Of a stretch of 53,981 nt of DNA, positions 9,593 through 19,290 are shown in pieces (the first letter of the stretch is position 1; the number at the start of each line of letters is the position of its first letter). The notes under the pieces were generated by a model, which was given only the letters and a program-made list of their open reading frames with translations, had not been told where the DNA came from and made no database searches. Origin of the DNA: a virus (Duplodnaviria; Heunggongvirae; Uroviricota; Caudoviricetes); IMG/VR virus record IMGVR_UViG_2529292919_000008. One strand, written 5' to 3'. The position numbers and the translations under genes were made by a program.

Positions 9593-10249
9593 TCAGCCGC
9601 CGGACGCACTGCCGTAGTTCACTCCGGTGATCACCGCCACCGCCGCGGTACGGCGACGACGCCAGTTGATCCAGCGCTCCGCACGGATGGCCACGCTGCC
9701 TGTCTGGAACATGGAAACCAGCTCCACCGGGGACGGCGTGGTACTGTCGCCGGTCGGCTCAGACTGCATTTCCAGTGATGCCTCGCGGGACATATCCACT
9801 GCCACGCCTCCGTCATCCGCCAGATAAATATCCGGGGCATTCACCAGCACCAGCTGGTCACCCACGTACTGGGAGACAATCACCGGCAGCCCCTGGAAGG
9901 AGCCACCCAGCAGGGTCATGTCCGGGTATTCCTTCTGACCCAGCGCATTTTTACGCATGGACAGTGCCAGGGCATTGGTGCTGGACATCAGCCAGACCGC
10001 ACCGGTGGGCTGCAGGTTTGCTGCCACAAACTGTCCAAACGCAGCCTCTGCATCCGCATCCGGGTTACCGGTTGATGCCGTGCCCTTCACATCATGGGTG
10101 ATGGACGCCGGGGAGACATCTGCCACTGCGGCTTTTTTCGGGTCCACAAAGTCTGTATCCAGACGCGCCACCACCGCTTCCGCCAGCGCATTACGGACCA
10201 GTGCATCAGCAGCCGGACTGGAAAAACGGATCAATTCTTCCGTCAGTAC
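9593..10249 (-). pseudogene. 3' fragment of the HK97-type major capsid gene, split by the Mu-like insertion
   Basis: Translation ...LTEELIRFSSPAADALVRNALAEAV...FQTGSVAIRAERWINWRRRRTAAVAVITGVNY looks like an HK97-fold capsid C-terminus. The frame continues upstream only into Mu-end sequence and resumes in frame at 46661. Confidence 0.75.
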
Positions 10250-10410
10250 TGTGGGGTAGTGATCAATTCTGGGCGGAGTTAGTGCAGCCTGGTAGAACCG
10301 GCAAGCCTTGTGTGGCGCGGGGTGTGGTGATTTAGCGTGATTCTGGGCGGATTTGTGAGAAATGACCAAAAACGCTTTTTTTTGCGCTTTTTTCTGGGCG
10401 CTTTTGATCT
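10250..10410 (+). promoter_or_regulatory. Left end (attL) with three transposase-binding-like repeats
   Basis: TTCTGGGCG occurs at 10267, 10341 and 10391, and the same motif recurs at the right end. The third copy is preceded by GCGCTTTTT, as in the right terminus. Confidence 0.6.
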
Positions 10411-10561
10411 GGTTCTGCTACAAACTTAACGGGTTTTAAATGCTTTTAAAAAGAGTTTTATCCTTACCCGTTTTCCTCAATTTGTTCTCATCTGTTGTGT
10501 TCGGTTTTGTTGTGGTTATTGCTGATTAGCTAACAGCACACGCCCCGCCAAAACGAGGCGC

Positions 10562-11209
10562 TTATGCTGATTTCTTGTTTACAGGCTTAGTTTCTTGCTC
10601 CGGTGTGACGGGAACGCGATCACCTGGTGTTCCAGCACAGAAAATGGCTTTGGCGCGGCGCAAAATCTCTTTGTCATTTTCCTCATCGCCAGCTAATGCC
10701 ATGCAAACAGCGTCTTTAAGCGATTGCCTGATGTTCAGGCTTTGAATGGCCTTTCTTTGCTCCTCAAGTTCGCTATCGGCTTGCTTAGTTTGCCTGGTGG
10801 GTTGCTGTAGGCGTTCCAAGATTCCTTTAATGCCCATATCGCATATTGCACTTATCAGCTGTTCCTTATCTTCTGTGGACGCTCTTTTCAATAACTCGTT
10901 AACTAGCTCGTTTGTAATATCGGGAGAAGGCTGCGCTGTTTGATTTGATAGAGAACTTTCTTTGGCGATGGGTTCCTCACCGTAAGCGAGCCAATTTAAG
11001 CTCACTTGTTCTTTATCTGATATAAGGCAAGCTATTTTAAAAGAAGGCTCTGTTCCTTTATGAATGTAGTTGTTTAAGGTTGAAGGGGGGATTCCCCAAT
11101 CACTCGCAGCAGTTCTGACACTACGGTTACCTATCAGCTTTACTAAACGCTCTCTGAAACTTTCTTTTTCCCGGTCGACAAAAGAAAAAGCATCATCATT
11201 TCTAGTCAT
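10562..11209 (-). CDS. Putative repressor (Mu c-like position), HTH DNA-binding protein
   Basis: 215 aa, transcribed leftward next to the left end and divergent from ner. HTH-like segment RTAASDWGIPPSTLNNYI...SLNWLAYGE. Confidence 0.5.
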   Translation of the reverse strand: MTRNDDAFSFVDREKESFRERLVKLIGNRSVRTAASDWGIPPSTLNNYIHKGTEPSFKIACLISDKEQVSLNWLAYGEEPIAKESSLSNQTAQPSPDITNELVNELLKRASTEDKEQLISAICDMGIKGILERLQQPTRQTKQADSELEEQRKAIQSLNIRQSLKDAVCMALAGDEENDKEILRRAKAIFCAGTPGDRVPVTPEQETKPVNKKSA

Positions 11210-11231
11210 TTTTTCTTTCCTCTATAACTTA

Positions 11232-11259
11232 TTGATTTTAATTGCAAAAACCATATAAA
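11232..11259 (+). promoter_or_regulatory. Candidate sigma70 early promoter (TTGATT, 16-nt spacer, TATAAA) for ner-A-B
   Basis: Hexamers read directly in the c/ner divergent intergenic region; not validated. Confidence 0.3.
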
Positions 11260-11342
11260 GACCAAAATCAAAAAGAAAATACAAAGAAAGGGCTATTTTT
11301 GCTTTACATGGGCTACATATGGATCAATACTTATATCCGAAG

Positions 11343-11375
11343 GGATAACACGGCGGTGTTATCCGCACGGATAAC
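11343..11375 (+). promoter_or_regulatory. Operator-like palindrome GGATAACAC-N4-GTGTTATCC plus third GGATAAC half-site
   Basis: Perfect 9-bp inverted repeat at 11343-11364 and an extra half-site at 11369-11375, just upstream of the ner start. Confidence 0.45.
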
Positions 11376-11391
11376 TTTTAAGGGTAACCTA

Positions 11392-11628
11392 ATGATGGTT
11401 AGAAATGAAGTAATGAACAAAGACTGGCACCGCGAGTACATCGTTGCCGCTGTGCACACCAAAGGTTTTACATTGCGTGAACTTTCTGAACGCGCTGGTC
11501 TAAAAAAAGACTCTTTAAAAAATGCACTGTATCGCTCATGCCCTAAATATGAACGCATCATAGCCGATGCTATTGGTGTGGAACCTGCGGAGATCTGGCC
11601 AAGCCGGTATGCCAGTAAGGCGGCGTAA
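11392..11628 (+). CDS. ner: Ner-like DNA-binding regulator
   Basis: 78 aa. Matches Mu Ner (...IWPSRY... C-terminus). Stop overlaps the A start (TAATG). Confidence 0.8.
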   Translation: MMVRNEVMNKDWHREYIVAAVHTKGFTLRELSERAGLKKDSLKNALYRSCPKYERIIADAIGVEPAEIWPSRYASKAA

Positions 11629-13670
11629 TGTTTTATTCAGCCAATGAGCTGGCCGGTCTTCCTGGTTTGCCCGGTACAGTTCAGGGGGTGCGCTGGACGC
11701 TCAATCGGATCACAGATACGCACCCGGAATGGAAGCGCAAGCGCGAAGGCACCAAAGCATTCGAGTATCACATCGACTGCCTGCCCGCTGAAGCGCAGAA
11801 AGTTTTACGTAAGCGCCTGACCCATCAGGTTCTGGAAGATGCACAACTGCCCGCCGTGGTTGAGCAGAAGGCAGTTAAAAACGTCGCCGTTCGCGATGAA
11901 CTGGAAGTGATGGTCAAATGCCCGGAACTGGCATTACGCGAAGTCCAGGCACTGACCGACAAGCAAAAGGCCATTGCTGATGCGCGGATATTGCTGGCTA
12001 CTGAAGTGCATAAACTGCGTGAATACGCCGGAATGACCAGGAAGGCCGCGTTAAAGCACATCGTTGATGGTGTGCGCATGGGGGCGTTGCCTGACCGCAT
12101 TATCGAAGCAGCGAATACTGCAAATGCACGTCAGGGAAAGCGAACCGGTGTCAGCACCGGCAGCCTGGATAGCTGGTACTCCAGCTGGGTGATGGCGCGC
12201 GGTGATGCCAATCAGTTACTGGCGTTACTGGCTCCCGGTCATCATAAGGGAACACCGTGGGAGCAGGTCTGGTGGTTGAGCGATTTCTTTATGTTCTATC
12301 GCTCATGGAAGCGCCCGACCGTTGAATACGCTTATCGCGAGTTTTCAGCCTGGTGGCATGAGAAACACGCGAATGATGCGGGAATGCTGGCGGCACTGCC
12401 TTCAGTTCACGCAGTAAGACGGGTGTTAAGCAACGTCCCGGTGATTGTTAAGGAGCGTTTCCGCTCCACCGGTTCAGCCTGGCGTTCGCTCAATCCTTTT
12501 GTGCGGCGCGACTGGAGCACATTACCGGTTAATGCGGTATGGGTCGGGGATGGTCACTGTATGAAAATGACTGCGTTTAACCCACTGACCGGCAATATTT
12601 TCCGGCCAGAAGTGACGCTGGTTATGGATGCGGGTCAACGCTTTGTTGTGGGCTGGTCACTATCCCTGTCGGAGAACGTGATAGCCGTTGCTGATGCGTT
12701 ACGTTACGGCATGGCGCAGCACGGGATACCGCTGATTTATTACTCCGATAACGGGGGCGGTGAAAAAAACCGGGTGCTTGATGCCGATATTACCGGGATT
12801 CTGCCCCGGCTGGGTGTGGAACATCACACGGGGATACCAGGTAACCCGCAGGGGCGCGGGGTGATTGAACGGGCAAACAAAGGAATACCCAAAGACGTGG
12901 CTCTGAGTTTCCAGACGTACTGCGCAAGGGATGCAGACAAGGAAACCGTAATGATGCAGCAACGGATTATGCAGTCAGCCATTAAGGCCACCCACAAAGG
13001 GAAAGAACTGACAAAACGGCAGGTTAAGGCGAGGGATGAAATCCCCACCTTTGAGCAACTGCTGGCAGCCATAGAGCTGGAGGTCAGACGCTATAACAAC
13101 CGGCCACACAGCAGCCTACCCCGCAAAGAGGATGGCGAATATTACAGCCCGGCAGCGTATCGCCGGAAACTGATAAAAGAGCAGAATGTTGAAATTGATT
13201 TCCTGTCGCCGGAAGAACTGCATGAAATGTTCAGACCGGAAGTGACGCGCAAAACATTTCGCGGGGAAATTCAGTTATTCAACAATATTTATTACTCATA
13301 TGAGCTGGCCGCAGAGCACGGGAATGAAGTCAGGGTCAGTTACGATATTCATGATGCAAACAGCGTCATTGTCCGGCGGGCTGATGGCTCTTATATCTGC
13401 GATGCCATCTGGAACGGTAACAAGGTTGATGCCTTCGCTAAACCAGTTATCGAACAAAAACTGGAGAAACGCGTCAGGGGCCGCATTGCACGGGCCACGC
13501 AGAAAATCGAAGAGGCTAAACGCGAGCTTACCCCGGCTATTACGCAGAAGCCTGACTTTAATCTGGGATATGGACTGGAACGCCCGGAGAAAAAGGAAAA
13601 AGAAGAACTTTATTTATTCGCATCTGAACGCGAGCGCAATTTAAAGAAAAACGGCACAAACAACCATTAA
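11628..13670 (+). CDS. A: Mu-type DDE transposase A
   Basis: 680 aa directly after ner. Translation carries WVGDGH and GIPGNPQGRGVIER segments that I read as the MuA-type DDE core; no search run. Confidence 0.9.
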   Translation: MFYSANELAGLPGLPGTVQGVRWTLNRITDTHPEWKRKREGTKAFEYHIDCLPAEAQKVLRKRLTHQVLEDAQLPAVVEQKAVKNVAVRDELEVMVKCPELALREVQALTDKQKAIADARILLATEVHKLREYAGMTRKAALKHIVDGVRMGALPDRIIEAANTANARQGKRTGVSTGSLDSWYSSWVMARGDANQLLALLAPGHHKGTPWEQVWWLSDFFMFYRSWKRPTVEYAYREFSAWWHEKHANDAGMLAALPSVHAVRRVLSNVPVIVKERFRSTGSAWRSLNPFVRRDWSTLPVNAVWVGDGHCMKMTAFNPLTGNIFRPEVTLVMDAGQRFVVGWSLSLSENVIAVADALRYGMAQHGIPLIYYSDNGGGEKNRVLDADITGILPRLGVEHHTGIPGNPQGRGVIERANKGIPKDVALSFQTYCARDADKETVMMQQRIMQSAIKATHKGKELTKRQVKARDEIPTFEQLLAAIELEVRRYNNRPHSSLPRKEDGEYYSPAAYRRKLIKEQNVEIDFLSPEELHEMFRPEVTRKTFRGEIQLFNNIYYSYELAAEHGNEVRVSYDIHDANSVIVRRADGSYICDAIWNGNKVDAFAKPVIEQKLEKRVRGRIARATQKIEEAKRELTPAITQKPDFNLGYGLERPEKKEKEELYLFASERERNLKKNGTNNH

Positions 13671-13688
13671 TTTAAAAGGTATTTAATT

Positions 13689-14582
13689 ATGAGTTTAATT
13701 ACGCAATTAAATGACGTAATGGCCCGTCGCGGCTATACGCAGACCCACGTCGCCCGTGCTATTGGTCGTAGCAGCGCCGTTATCAGCCAGTATTTGCAGG
13801 GTAAATATCAGGGCGATATGTCTGATATTGAAGAACGCATTTCTGCCTTTGTGACCCGTGAGCGGGAAAAAGAAAACAGCCGCCGTATTAAAGCAAAGTT
13901 TGTGACCACCGGTATGGCTGCCAAAGGACTGGAGGTGCTGGCCTACGCTCACCTGGAATGTGAAATCTGTGTGCTGTATGGCGCAGCAGGTCTTGGCAAA
14001 ACAATGATTCTGCGTGAATACGCCGCCAGAAACCGGGATGCGGTCCTGATTGAAGCCGACCCGGGCTATACAGCCAGAACACTGCTTGAGGAGCTGTGCC
14101 GCCAGCTGGGGGTAAAAGTTCGCGGCAATATCCACGAACTGATTGATGCATGTGTGCGAGAACTGCGTGATTCCGGTCGCCTGCTGATGGTGGACGAGGC
14201 TGAACTGCTCCCCTATCGCGCACTGGAGGTTCTGCGCCGTCTGCATGACAAAGCGGGTATCGGGATTGTCCTGGCGGGTATGCCACGCCTTCTGATTAAC
14301 CTCAAGGGACGTCGCGGTGAGTTCGCCCAGTTATACAGCCGTGTGGCGCTGGCGCTTAACCTGGGCGATACGCTGTCGCAGGAAGATTTTAACCAGATAG
14401 CTACCGGGCTGATGCCGGAAGCAGCAGAACCGGAAATCAGCGAGGCGCTCTACGCACGCTCACTGGGTAATGCCCGCCGCCTGTTCAAACTGGCGCGCGG
14501 TGTGTACCGGATTTGTGATATCAGCGATGCACCGGTCAGTGTGCAGGCCATTGATAAATTCGCAGAAATGTTAATTCACTGA
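13689..14582 (+). CDS. B: Mu B-like AAA+ ATPase (transposition target DNA activator)
   Basis: 297 aa. N-terminal HTH region, Walker A GAAGLGKT and Walker B-like LLMVDEAE. Directly downstream of A. Confidence 0.85.
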   Translation: MSLITQLNDVMARRGYTQTHVARAIGRSSAVISQYLQGKYQGDMSDIEERISAFVTREREKENSRRIKAKFVTTGMAAKGLEVLAYAHLECEICVLYGAAGLGKTMILREYAARNRDAVLIEADPGYTARTLLEELCRQLGVKVRGNIHELIDACVRELRDSGRLLMVDEAELLPYRALEVLRRLHDKAGIGIVLAGMPRLLINLKGRRGEFAQLYSRVALALNLGDTLSQEDFNQIATGLMPEAAEPEISEALYARSLGNARRLFKLARGVYRICDISDAPVSVQAIDKFAEMLIH

Positions 14583-14596
14583 TGGAGAACAAGACG

Positions 14597-14821
14597 ATGG
14601 ACAAGCAGACCATTAACGCCGTCCGTTCCCGTGCCCGTGTGGCCATCCACACCACTGGCGGTCGTGTAACGGGACAGCATCACCGTTTACCTGTGGTTTA
14701 TGCCTGCCCGCCCGTGGGTGGTCCTGTATGGCCGGTAACGGAAATCATCCAGACATTCAGCGGCCTGCGCCGCGTGGTTAAAACGTCCTGTATCGACGGC
14801 TGTACCGTCGTATGGCAATGA
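14597..14821 (+). CDS. Hypothetical early-region protein
   Basis: ORF with GGAG about 9 nt upstream of the ATG, in the early operon after B. Confidence 0.35.
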   Translation: MDKQTINAVRSRARVAIHTTGGRVTGQHHRLPVVYACPPVGGPVWPVTEIIQTFSGLRRVVKTSCIDGCTVVWQ

Positions 14822-14833
14822 GAGGAAATCAGA

Positions 14834-15049
14834 ATGGCGGTTAAATTAGAAGTAATTATCTATACCAATGAAAAAGGCGCGACTTTAACCCAGATTACAG
14901 GGAGTTATTCGAAGGACGGCACTTCCGAAAGGGAGTTTCAGGTGGCAACAGGATTACATGATGTTATCAAGGAAGCACTGAGAAATGACTACAACGGCGT
15001 GAATATTTTTTCTGAAAACGTTGCGCCTCGCGCACATAACACAAATTAA
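14834..15049 (+). CDS. Hypothetical early-region protein (AT-rich gene)
   Basis: 71-aa ORF with a ribosome-binding site. Composition visibly more AT-rich than its neighbours. Confidence 0.35.
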   Translation: MAVKLEVIIYTNEKGATLTQITGSYSKDGTSEREFQVATGLHDVIKEALRNDYNGVNIFSENVAPRAHNTN

Positions 15050-15078
15050 TCTGTAAATATCACTGAGGTAATTTAATT

Positions 15079-15723
15079 ATGACGACTGAAAATAAAGTTA
15101 AGCAATACACGAAAACTCAAGCGCCTGAAGGTTACTGGGTGGATGCCCGTGGCGTAATGACACCTGAAAGCCTTATCAAAGATATTGACCGCGACCGCGA
15201 GCAGCTGGTCGGTGAGCTTGTGGAGATGGTGATTGCTGCCTCCGCCTCACTGCGTGAACTGAAACTGCGAGCGTTTGGTGATATTCAGGCGTTTATTGAC
15301 CTGTCGGCAGAGAAATACGGCGCTGTGAAAGGCGGTAAAAAAGGGAATATCACGCTGTACAGCTTTGACGGGCGTTACAAGATTCAGCGCGCCATGCAGG
15401 ACCGTATCGCGCTTGATGAACGCATTCAGACCGCGAAGGCACTGATTGATGACTGTCTGGCTGACTGGACGGAAGGAGCGCGCCCTGAAATTAAAGCCAT
15501 CATCAGTGAAGCATTCAGCACGGACAAGGAAGGCAACATTAACACCGGGCGCGTTCTGGCTCTGCGTCGTCTCGATATTACGGAGGAACGCTGGGATAAC
15601 GCCATGAAACTGATTGGTGAAGCCGTCCAGGTGGTTGGCAGCAGAAGCTATATCCGCGTGTATGAGCGCGTCGGTGATTCTGATGAATACCGCGCAATCC
15701 CGCTTGATATTGCAGGGGTTTAA
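15079..15723 (+). CDS. Mu-like early protein, DUF3164-like
   Basis: 214 aa. Resembles a family I recall from Mu-like prophage early regions; assignment from memory. Confidence 0.4.
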   Translation: MTTENKVKQYTKTQAPEGYWVDARGVMTPESLIKDIDRDREQLVGELVEMVIAASASLRELKLRAFGDIQAFIDLSAEKYGAVKGGKKGNITLYSFDGRYKIQRAMQDRIALDERIQTAKALIDDCLADWTEGARPEIKAIISEAFSTDKEGNINTGRVLALRRLDITEERWDNAMKLIGEAVQVVGSRSYIRVYERVGDSDEYRAIPLDIAGV

Positions 15724-15724
15724 C

Positions 15725-15958
15725 ATGCATCAGGATATCAAAGAGTACAGAGCCGGAAATAGTTGCGCGGCGTATTCGCTGGGCGCGTCCAGAGCAGAAC
15801 AACGCGGCGATTATGCCGAGGCTGAAAAGCTGTGGCGTAAGGCAGCGCAAAGCCCGTGTAGCACCCTGCGCCGCATCTGGGCAGAACACCGGGCACAGTT
15901 CTGTGCCAATGCTCACCAGAAAGGATGGAAGCCGATTCATGAACGCGAAACGCTTTAA
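15725..15958 (+). CDS. Small Cys/Trp-containing early protein (ANR-like?)
   Basis: 77 aa from MHQDIKEYRAG. Weak family recollection only. Confidence 0.3.
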   Translation: MHQDIKEYRAGNSCAAYSLGASRAEQRGDYAEAEKLWRKAAQSPCSTLRRIWAEHRAQFCANAHQKGWKPIHERETL

Positions 15959-16130
15959 TCAGTTATATCCGCCTGGTACTCGTTTCATGCACATTGCACA
16001 TCAGGCGGTGCGTGGTGGTCGGGTGGTAAAAACTGTTGCACCGGCCAGAGATTTTAAATGTGGTTGTGTGGTTGAAATTAATGTCGAGCCTTATTTCGTA
16101 AAAGTCGAAACACTGAAAGCACCGCATTAA
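15939..16130 (+). CDS. Hypothetical small early protein
   Basis: 63 aa from MNAKRFNQLYPPG. Overlaps the upstream stop. Confidence 0.3.
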   Translation: MNAKRFNQLYPPGTRFMHIAHQAVRGGRVVKTVAPARDFKCGCVVEINVEPYFVKVETLKAPH

Positions 16131-16210
16131 TTTAATTTGTTTTTAATTGTTATTTAAAACAGGCGTAAACCCGCCGGGGCTGGCTTACGCCTGAATCTGA
16201 GGGATTCATT

Positions 16211-16927
16211 ATGGAAAATAAAAGCAAATATATCGCCAAAATTAAAAAACTGTTACGCCTTGCCAGAGGAACATCAAGCCCGGAAGAAGCCGCTAACGCT
16301 ATTGCAAAAGCCCAGGCTTATATGCGCCAGCATGGCATCAGCGAAAACGACGCGGAATTGTTCGACATTCAGGAAGCTGCCAGCGCGGGTGCGCCGAGTG
16401 ATGCCAGTACGCCGCCGCGTTATATGCACATCCTGTGTGACCTGGTCTGTAAAGCCTTCGGTGTCGAGTGTTACATCTCAGGTGAATACCGGGCTTCTGG
16501 TTCACTCAAACGTTACGTTCGTTTTTATGGTCCTGACAGCCGCCCGGAAATTGCGGCATACGCGTTTGATGTGCTTTCCCGTCAGATGATGGCTGAACGT
16601 AAAAAATATCAGGATAAACACTGCAAACGTTGCGGTCCGTCCACGCGGGTAGCCCGTGGCGACCAGTTCTGCGAAGGCTGGGTCTTTGGTGCCCGTGATG
16701 TCATTGCGGTGTATGACGTCTCCCCGGAAGAAAAAAGCCGCCTTGAGCTTTACAGAAAGAACCTGCACAGCACTAAGGGGCTGCGCGACGGGGATATGCG
16801 CACAGCTAAAGCGTGCCGGGGTGCAGAGTTTGCCGCTACAGCCGGTTTTATCGCCGGGAAAAACGCCAGGCTGCATCAGGGGGTTAATGGTCAGAGCAAC
16901 AGACCGCTGGCACTGGGGAGGGTGTAA
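16211..16927 (+). CDS. DUF2786-like protein with Cys-rich C-terminal region
   Basis: N-terminus KYIAKIKKLLRLARGTSSPEEAANAIAKAQAYM fits the DUF2786 pattern. Central CKRCGPS...FCEGW cysteines. Confidence 0.45.
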   Translation: MENKSKYIAKIKKLLRLARGTSSPEEAANAIAKAQAYMRQHGISENDAELFDIQEAASAGAPSDASTPPRYMHILCDLVCKAFGVECYISGEYRASGSLKRYVRFYGPDSRPEIAAYAFDVLSRQMMAERKKYQDKHCKRCGPSTRVARGDQFCEGWVFGARDVIAVYDVSPEEKSRLELYRKNLHSTKGLRDGDMRTAKACRGAEFAATAGFIAGKNARLHQGVNGQSNRPLALGRV

Positions 16928-16929
16928 CG

Positions 16930-17157
16930 ATGGCTTTTAAACTTCTCAGTGTTACCGAAGCAATATACCAGCCTCCCGGAGAACGCCACGAATACAGGAT
17001 GAATGACGGTAGCGCAGCGGTTGAGTTCCCTAAATATCCGGGGGCTTCCCGGTGGCGGTTCTATGACAGTGCGGGACGCCGGATTATTAAAAGAACCGTG
17101 CACAACGCCATGAAAGCCGCTGTAGAACGTCACAAAAGGAGGTTTAACTGCAAATGA
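16930..17157 (+). CDS. Hypothetical small early protein
   Basis: 75-aa ORF; start overlaps the upstream stop (translational coupling). Confidence 0.3.
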   Translation: MAFKLLSVTEAIYQPPGERHEYRMNDGSAAVEFPKYPGASRWRFYDSAGRRIIKRTVHNAMKAAVERHKRRFNCK

Positions 17158-17384
17158 ATATTGAATTTTATGACTATGGGGTTACTGCAAAAATCATTGT
17201 CACCTGCTGGTTCTGGGAGTTCCGTCGCTATTGCCGGGTTGTGGATGCGGCGCTGTTTGCGGCCCCTGAAGTGCACCATCAGAGCGGTGGCGGTCTTTTA
17301 ATGAGAACCGTCATCTACGGTAAGACGGTCCCGATGTTACGGGCGTTTAAAGTGGCAAAACAGGAGGCTGGCAATGGTCATTGA
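17154..17384 (+). CDS. Hypothetical small early protein
   Basis: 76-aa ORF with ATGA overlap to the upstream gene. Confidence 0.3.
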   Translation: MNIEFYDYGVTAKIIVTCWFWEFRRYCRVVDAALFAAPEVHHQSGGGLLMRTVIYGKTVPMLRAFKVAKQEAGNGH

Positions 17385-17664
17385 TAAAACGATAACGATA
17401 GATGTGGCCATGAATACAGGTCTGGCGCTTATCGGTTATGGCTATATCACTTTTATGTCATTCAGGTGGTTGATTTCTTCGGTCTTTAAACAATGTGAAA
17501 AACGTCGCTGCAAAGACAAGCGCGTGAAGGCACTAAATGCGTTTAATGACGCTTTTGATATTGACCGTATGCAACAGGGCGACCCGGCACGCGTAATTAC
17601 CCGGGGAGATGTCGTGATTTTGGTATACCGGAGTGAAAAAAATGAGCAGGAGGCGGCGCAGTGA
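17374..17664 (+). CDS. Hypothetical small membrane protein
   Basis: 96 aa with one hydrophobic segment (GLALIGYGYITFMSFRWLISSVF). Confidence 0.3.
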   Translation: MVIDKTITIDVAMNTGLALIGYGYITFMSFRWLISSVFKQCEKRRCKDKRVKALNAFNDAFDIDRMQQGDPARVITRGDVVILVYRSEKNEQEAAQ

Positions 17665-17821
17665 ACCAGCAAACCAGAATAAGCGATAAGAGTCTGACCA
17701 GACTGATTGCCGATGCGGACAAGGTGCTGGAGCGGAACACCCCGGTTGCCGATGAGGAATGGTGGCAGGATTTCCGGGCCGCAATGCTGGAACTTCAGGA
17801 ACGTCGTCGGGAGGAGTTGAA

Positions 17822-18088
17822 GTGAGTGGATCAAATTGTCGAATTAATGGCAATCGAATAAAGCCGTGTGCTGCATTGGCAAAGTCTCTTGAGCGTGATG
17901 CTGAATGCTCAGTAAGAAAAGGCTTACTGCTATACAAAATCTGGAATGAGAGTTTAACCCGTGGACCTGATTTGGTGATGTTGCGTTCCGGTGAGTTTTC
18001 TAAATCACCTATTCGAGTCTCATTTTGCCCGTTTTGTGGTGAAAGTCTGAAAACATGGAAAAAGGAGGCAGCCAGTGAGCGAGATTAA
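17822..18088 (+). CDS. Hypothetical protein with CPFCGE zinc-ribbon-like motif
   Basis: GTG start overlapping the stop of an unlisted 54-codon ORF (17661-17825). Confidence 0.3.
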   Translation: MSGSNCRINGNRIKPCAALAKSLERDAECSVRKGLLLYKIWNESLTRGPDLVMLRSGEFSKSPIRVSFCPFCGESLKTWKKEAASERD

Positions 18089-18932
18089 CTATCAGGCACT
18101 GCGTGAGGCGGCAGAGGCCGCGAAGGGGGATACGACGTGGCAGAACCTACAGGCTTTTCGTGCTGTGGCTACGCCGGAGGTTGTGCAGGCGTTGTTGGAT
18201 GAAAACGAAAGACTGTGTCGCGATCTGATAGCTCGTAATGGTGAGGTTGAAGGGCTTCGGAAGTGGGCAGAAGAACTGGAGGCACGGGAAATAAAACCAG
18301 CCAAAGGCGAAGTTCTTGTCGTTGTATCTGGTTTTACTGGTTGCGGAAAAAGCGCCATTGCCGGGGAAATAGAAATCGCGATGAAGGCTATTGGTGTACC
18401 GGTTAAGTGGACTAATGGCGATGCAGAAAAGCGCATGACTGGCGCTGACTGGCTGACAGCAATTGAGATGTACAAACCAACTGTGCGCATCGTGGAAACT
18501 AATGTGCCACTGCCGCAGGCATTCGCATCAAAGGAGAGTGATATGACCACTATAACCAGAGAAAACGCGGAGATTAAATCATTCATCACTGGTTTCCTGA
18601 GCGACCCGGCGCACGATAACCAATCTTCAAACAGCCTGCTTGCCAATGTGTTTCGTATCGCGCTGGCATCGCTGGAAGCAGAGCCGGTGGCATGGATGCG
18701 TGATGACGCAGATGGTCGTGAGTATAACGCTCGCAACGAATTTTCTTATGGAGGGAGAGGCATTCCACTCTACGCTGCCCCGCCAGCAACGGTGGTGCCG
18801 GAATTTGAAACATGGTTTAACAGCCAGGAGTCAGGGAGGAGTATATGCAGCACACAGATTCGTCGTTCCCTTCAGGAAATTTCATGGAACGCCTGCTGCG
18901 CCGCCATGCTTCAGGGTAAGGGAGGTGAGTAA
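18075..18932 (+). CDS. Ead/Ea22-like protein with Walker A P-loop
   Basis: N-terminus YQALREAAEAAKGDTTW...ATPEVVQALLDENERL resembles the Ea22-like family. It is followed by a beta-strand plus P-loop, EVLVVVSGFTGCGKSAIAGEI (GxxxxGKS). Confidence 0.45.
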   Translation: MSEINYQALREAAEAAKGDTTWQNLQAFRAVATPEVVQALLDENERLCRDLIARNGEVEGLRKWAEELEAREIKPAKGEVLVVVSGFTGCGKSAIAGEIEIAMKAIGVPVKWTNGDAEKRMTGADWLTAIEMYKPTVRIVETNVPLPQAFASKESDMTTITRENAEIKSFITGFLSDPAHDNQSSNSLLANVFRIALASLEAEPVAWMRDDADGREYNARNEFSYGGRGIPLYAAPPATVVPEFETWFNSQESGRSICSTQIRRSLQEISWNACCAAMLQGKGGE

Positions 18933-19290
18933 TGCGTGTGGCATGTATCGGCTTGTTACCGTATCCGACTCGATTTTGGGCTTCTGCGCTAATTGCAAAG
19001 CCGCATGTCCTGATGGCTGACAGCATCATCCCGGCACCGAAACGCCGTACAGGCATTGCGGCGGCGAGACGAGCAGCAAAGAAACGCAGGAGAACAAAAC
19101 GATGAAAAATCGTAAGGCAAAAATTCTGTTAGCTCGCAGAAACGGTGTTGGGGTCTGGCGATGGTTGAGGATTAGTAACAGACGAGTGAGGTTGACGGGG
19201 TGTTGCGGGGTGATGTTGCACAGCTGTTGCAAAAAGCCCAGCGCGGCGCAAAACCGCAGGAAAAATCACGGTATGTAAAGGAGGTGCCAG

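Noticed and set aside
13707-14286. Minus-strand ORFs antisense to the B gene
   Set aside because: B on the plus strand has a Walker A motif and correct synteny; the antisense frames have no signatures.
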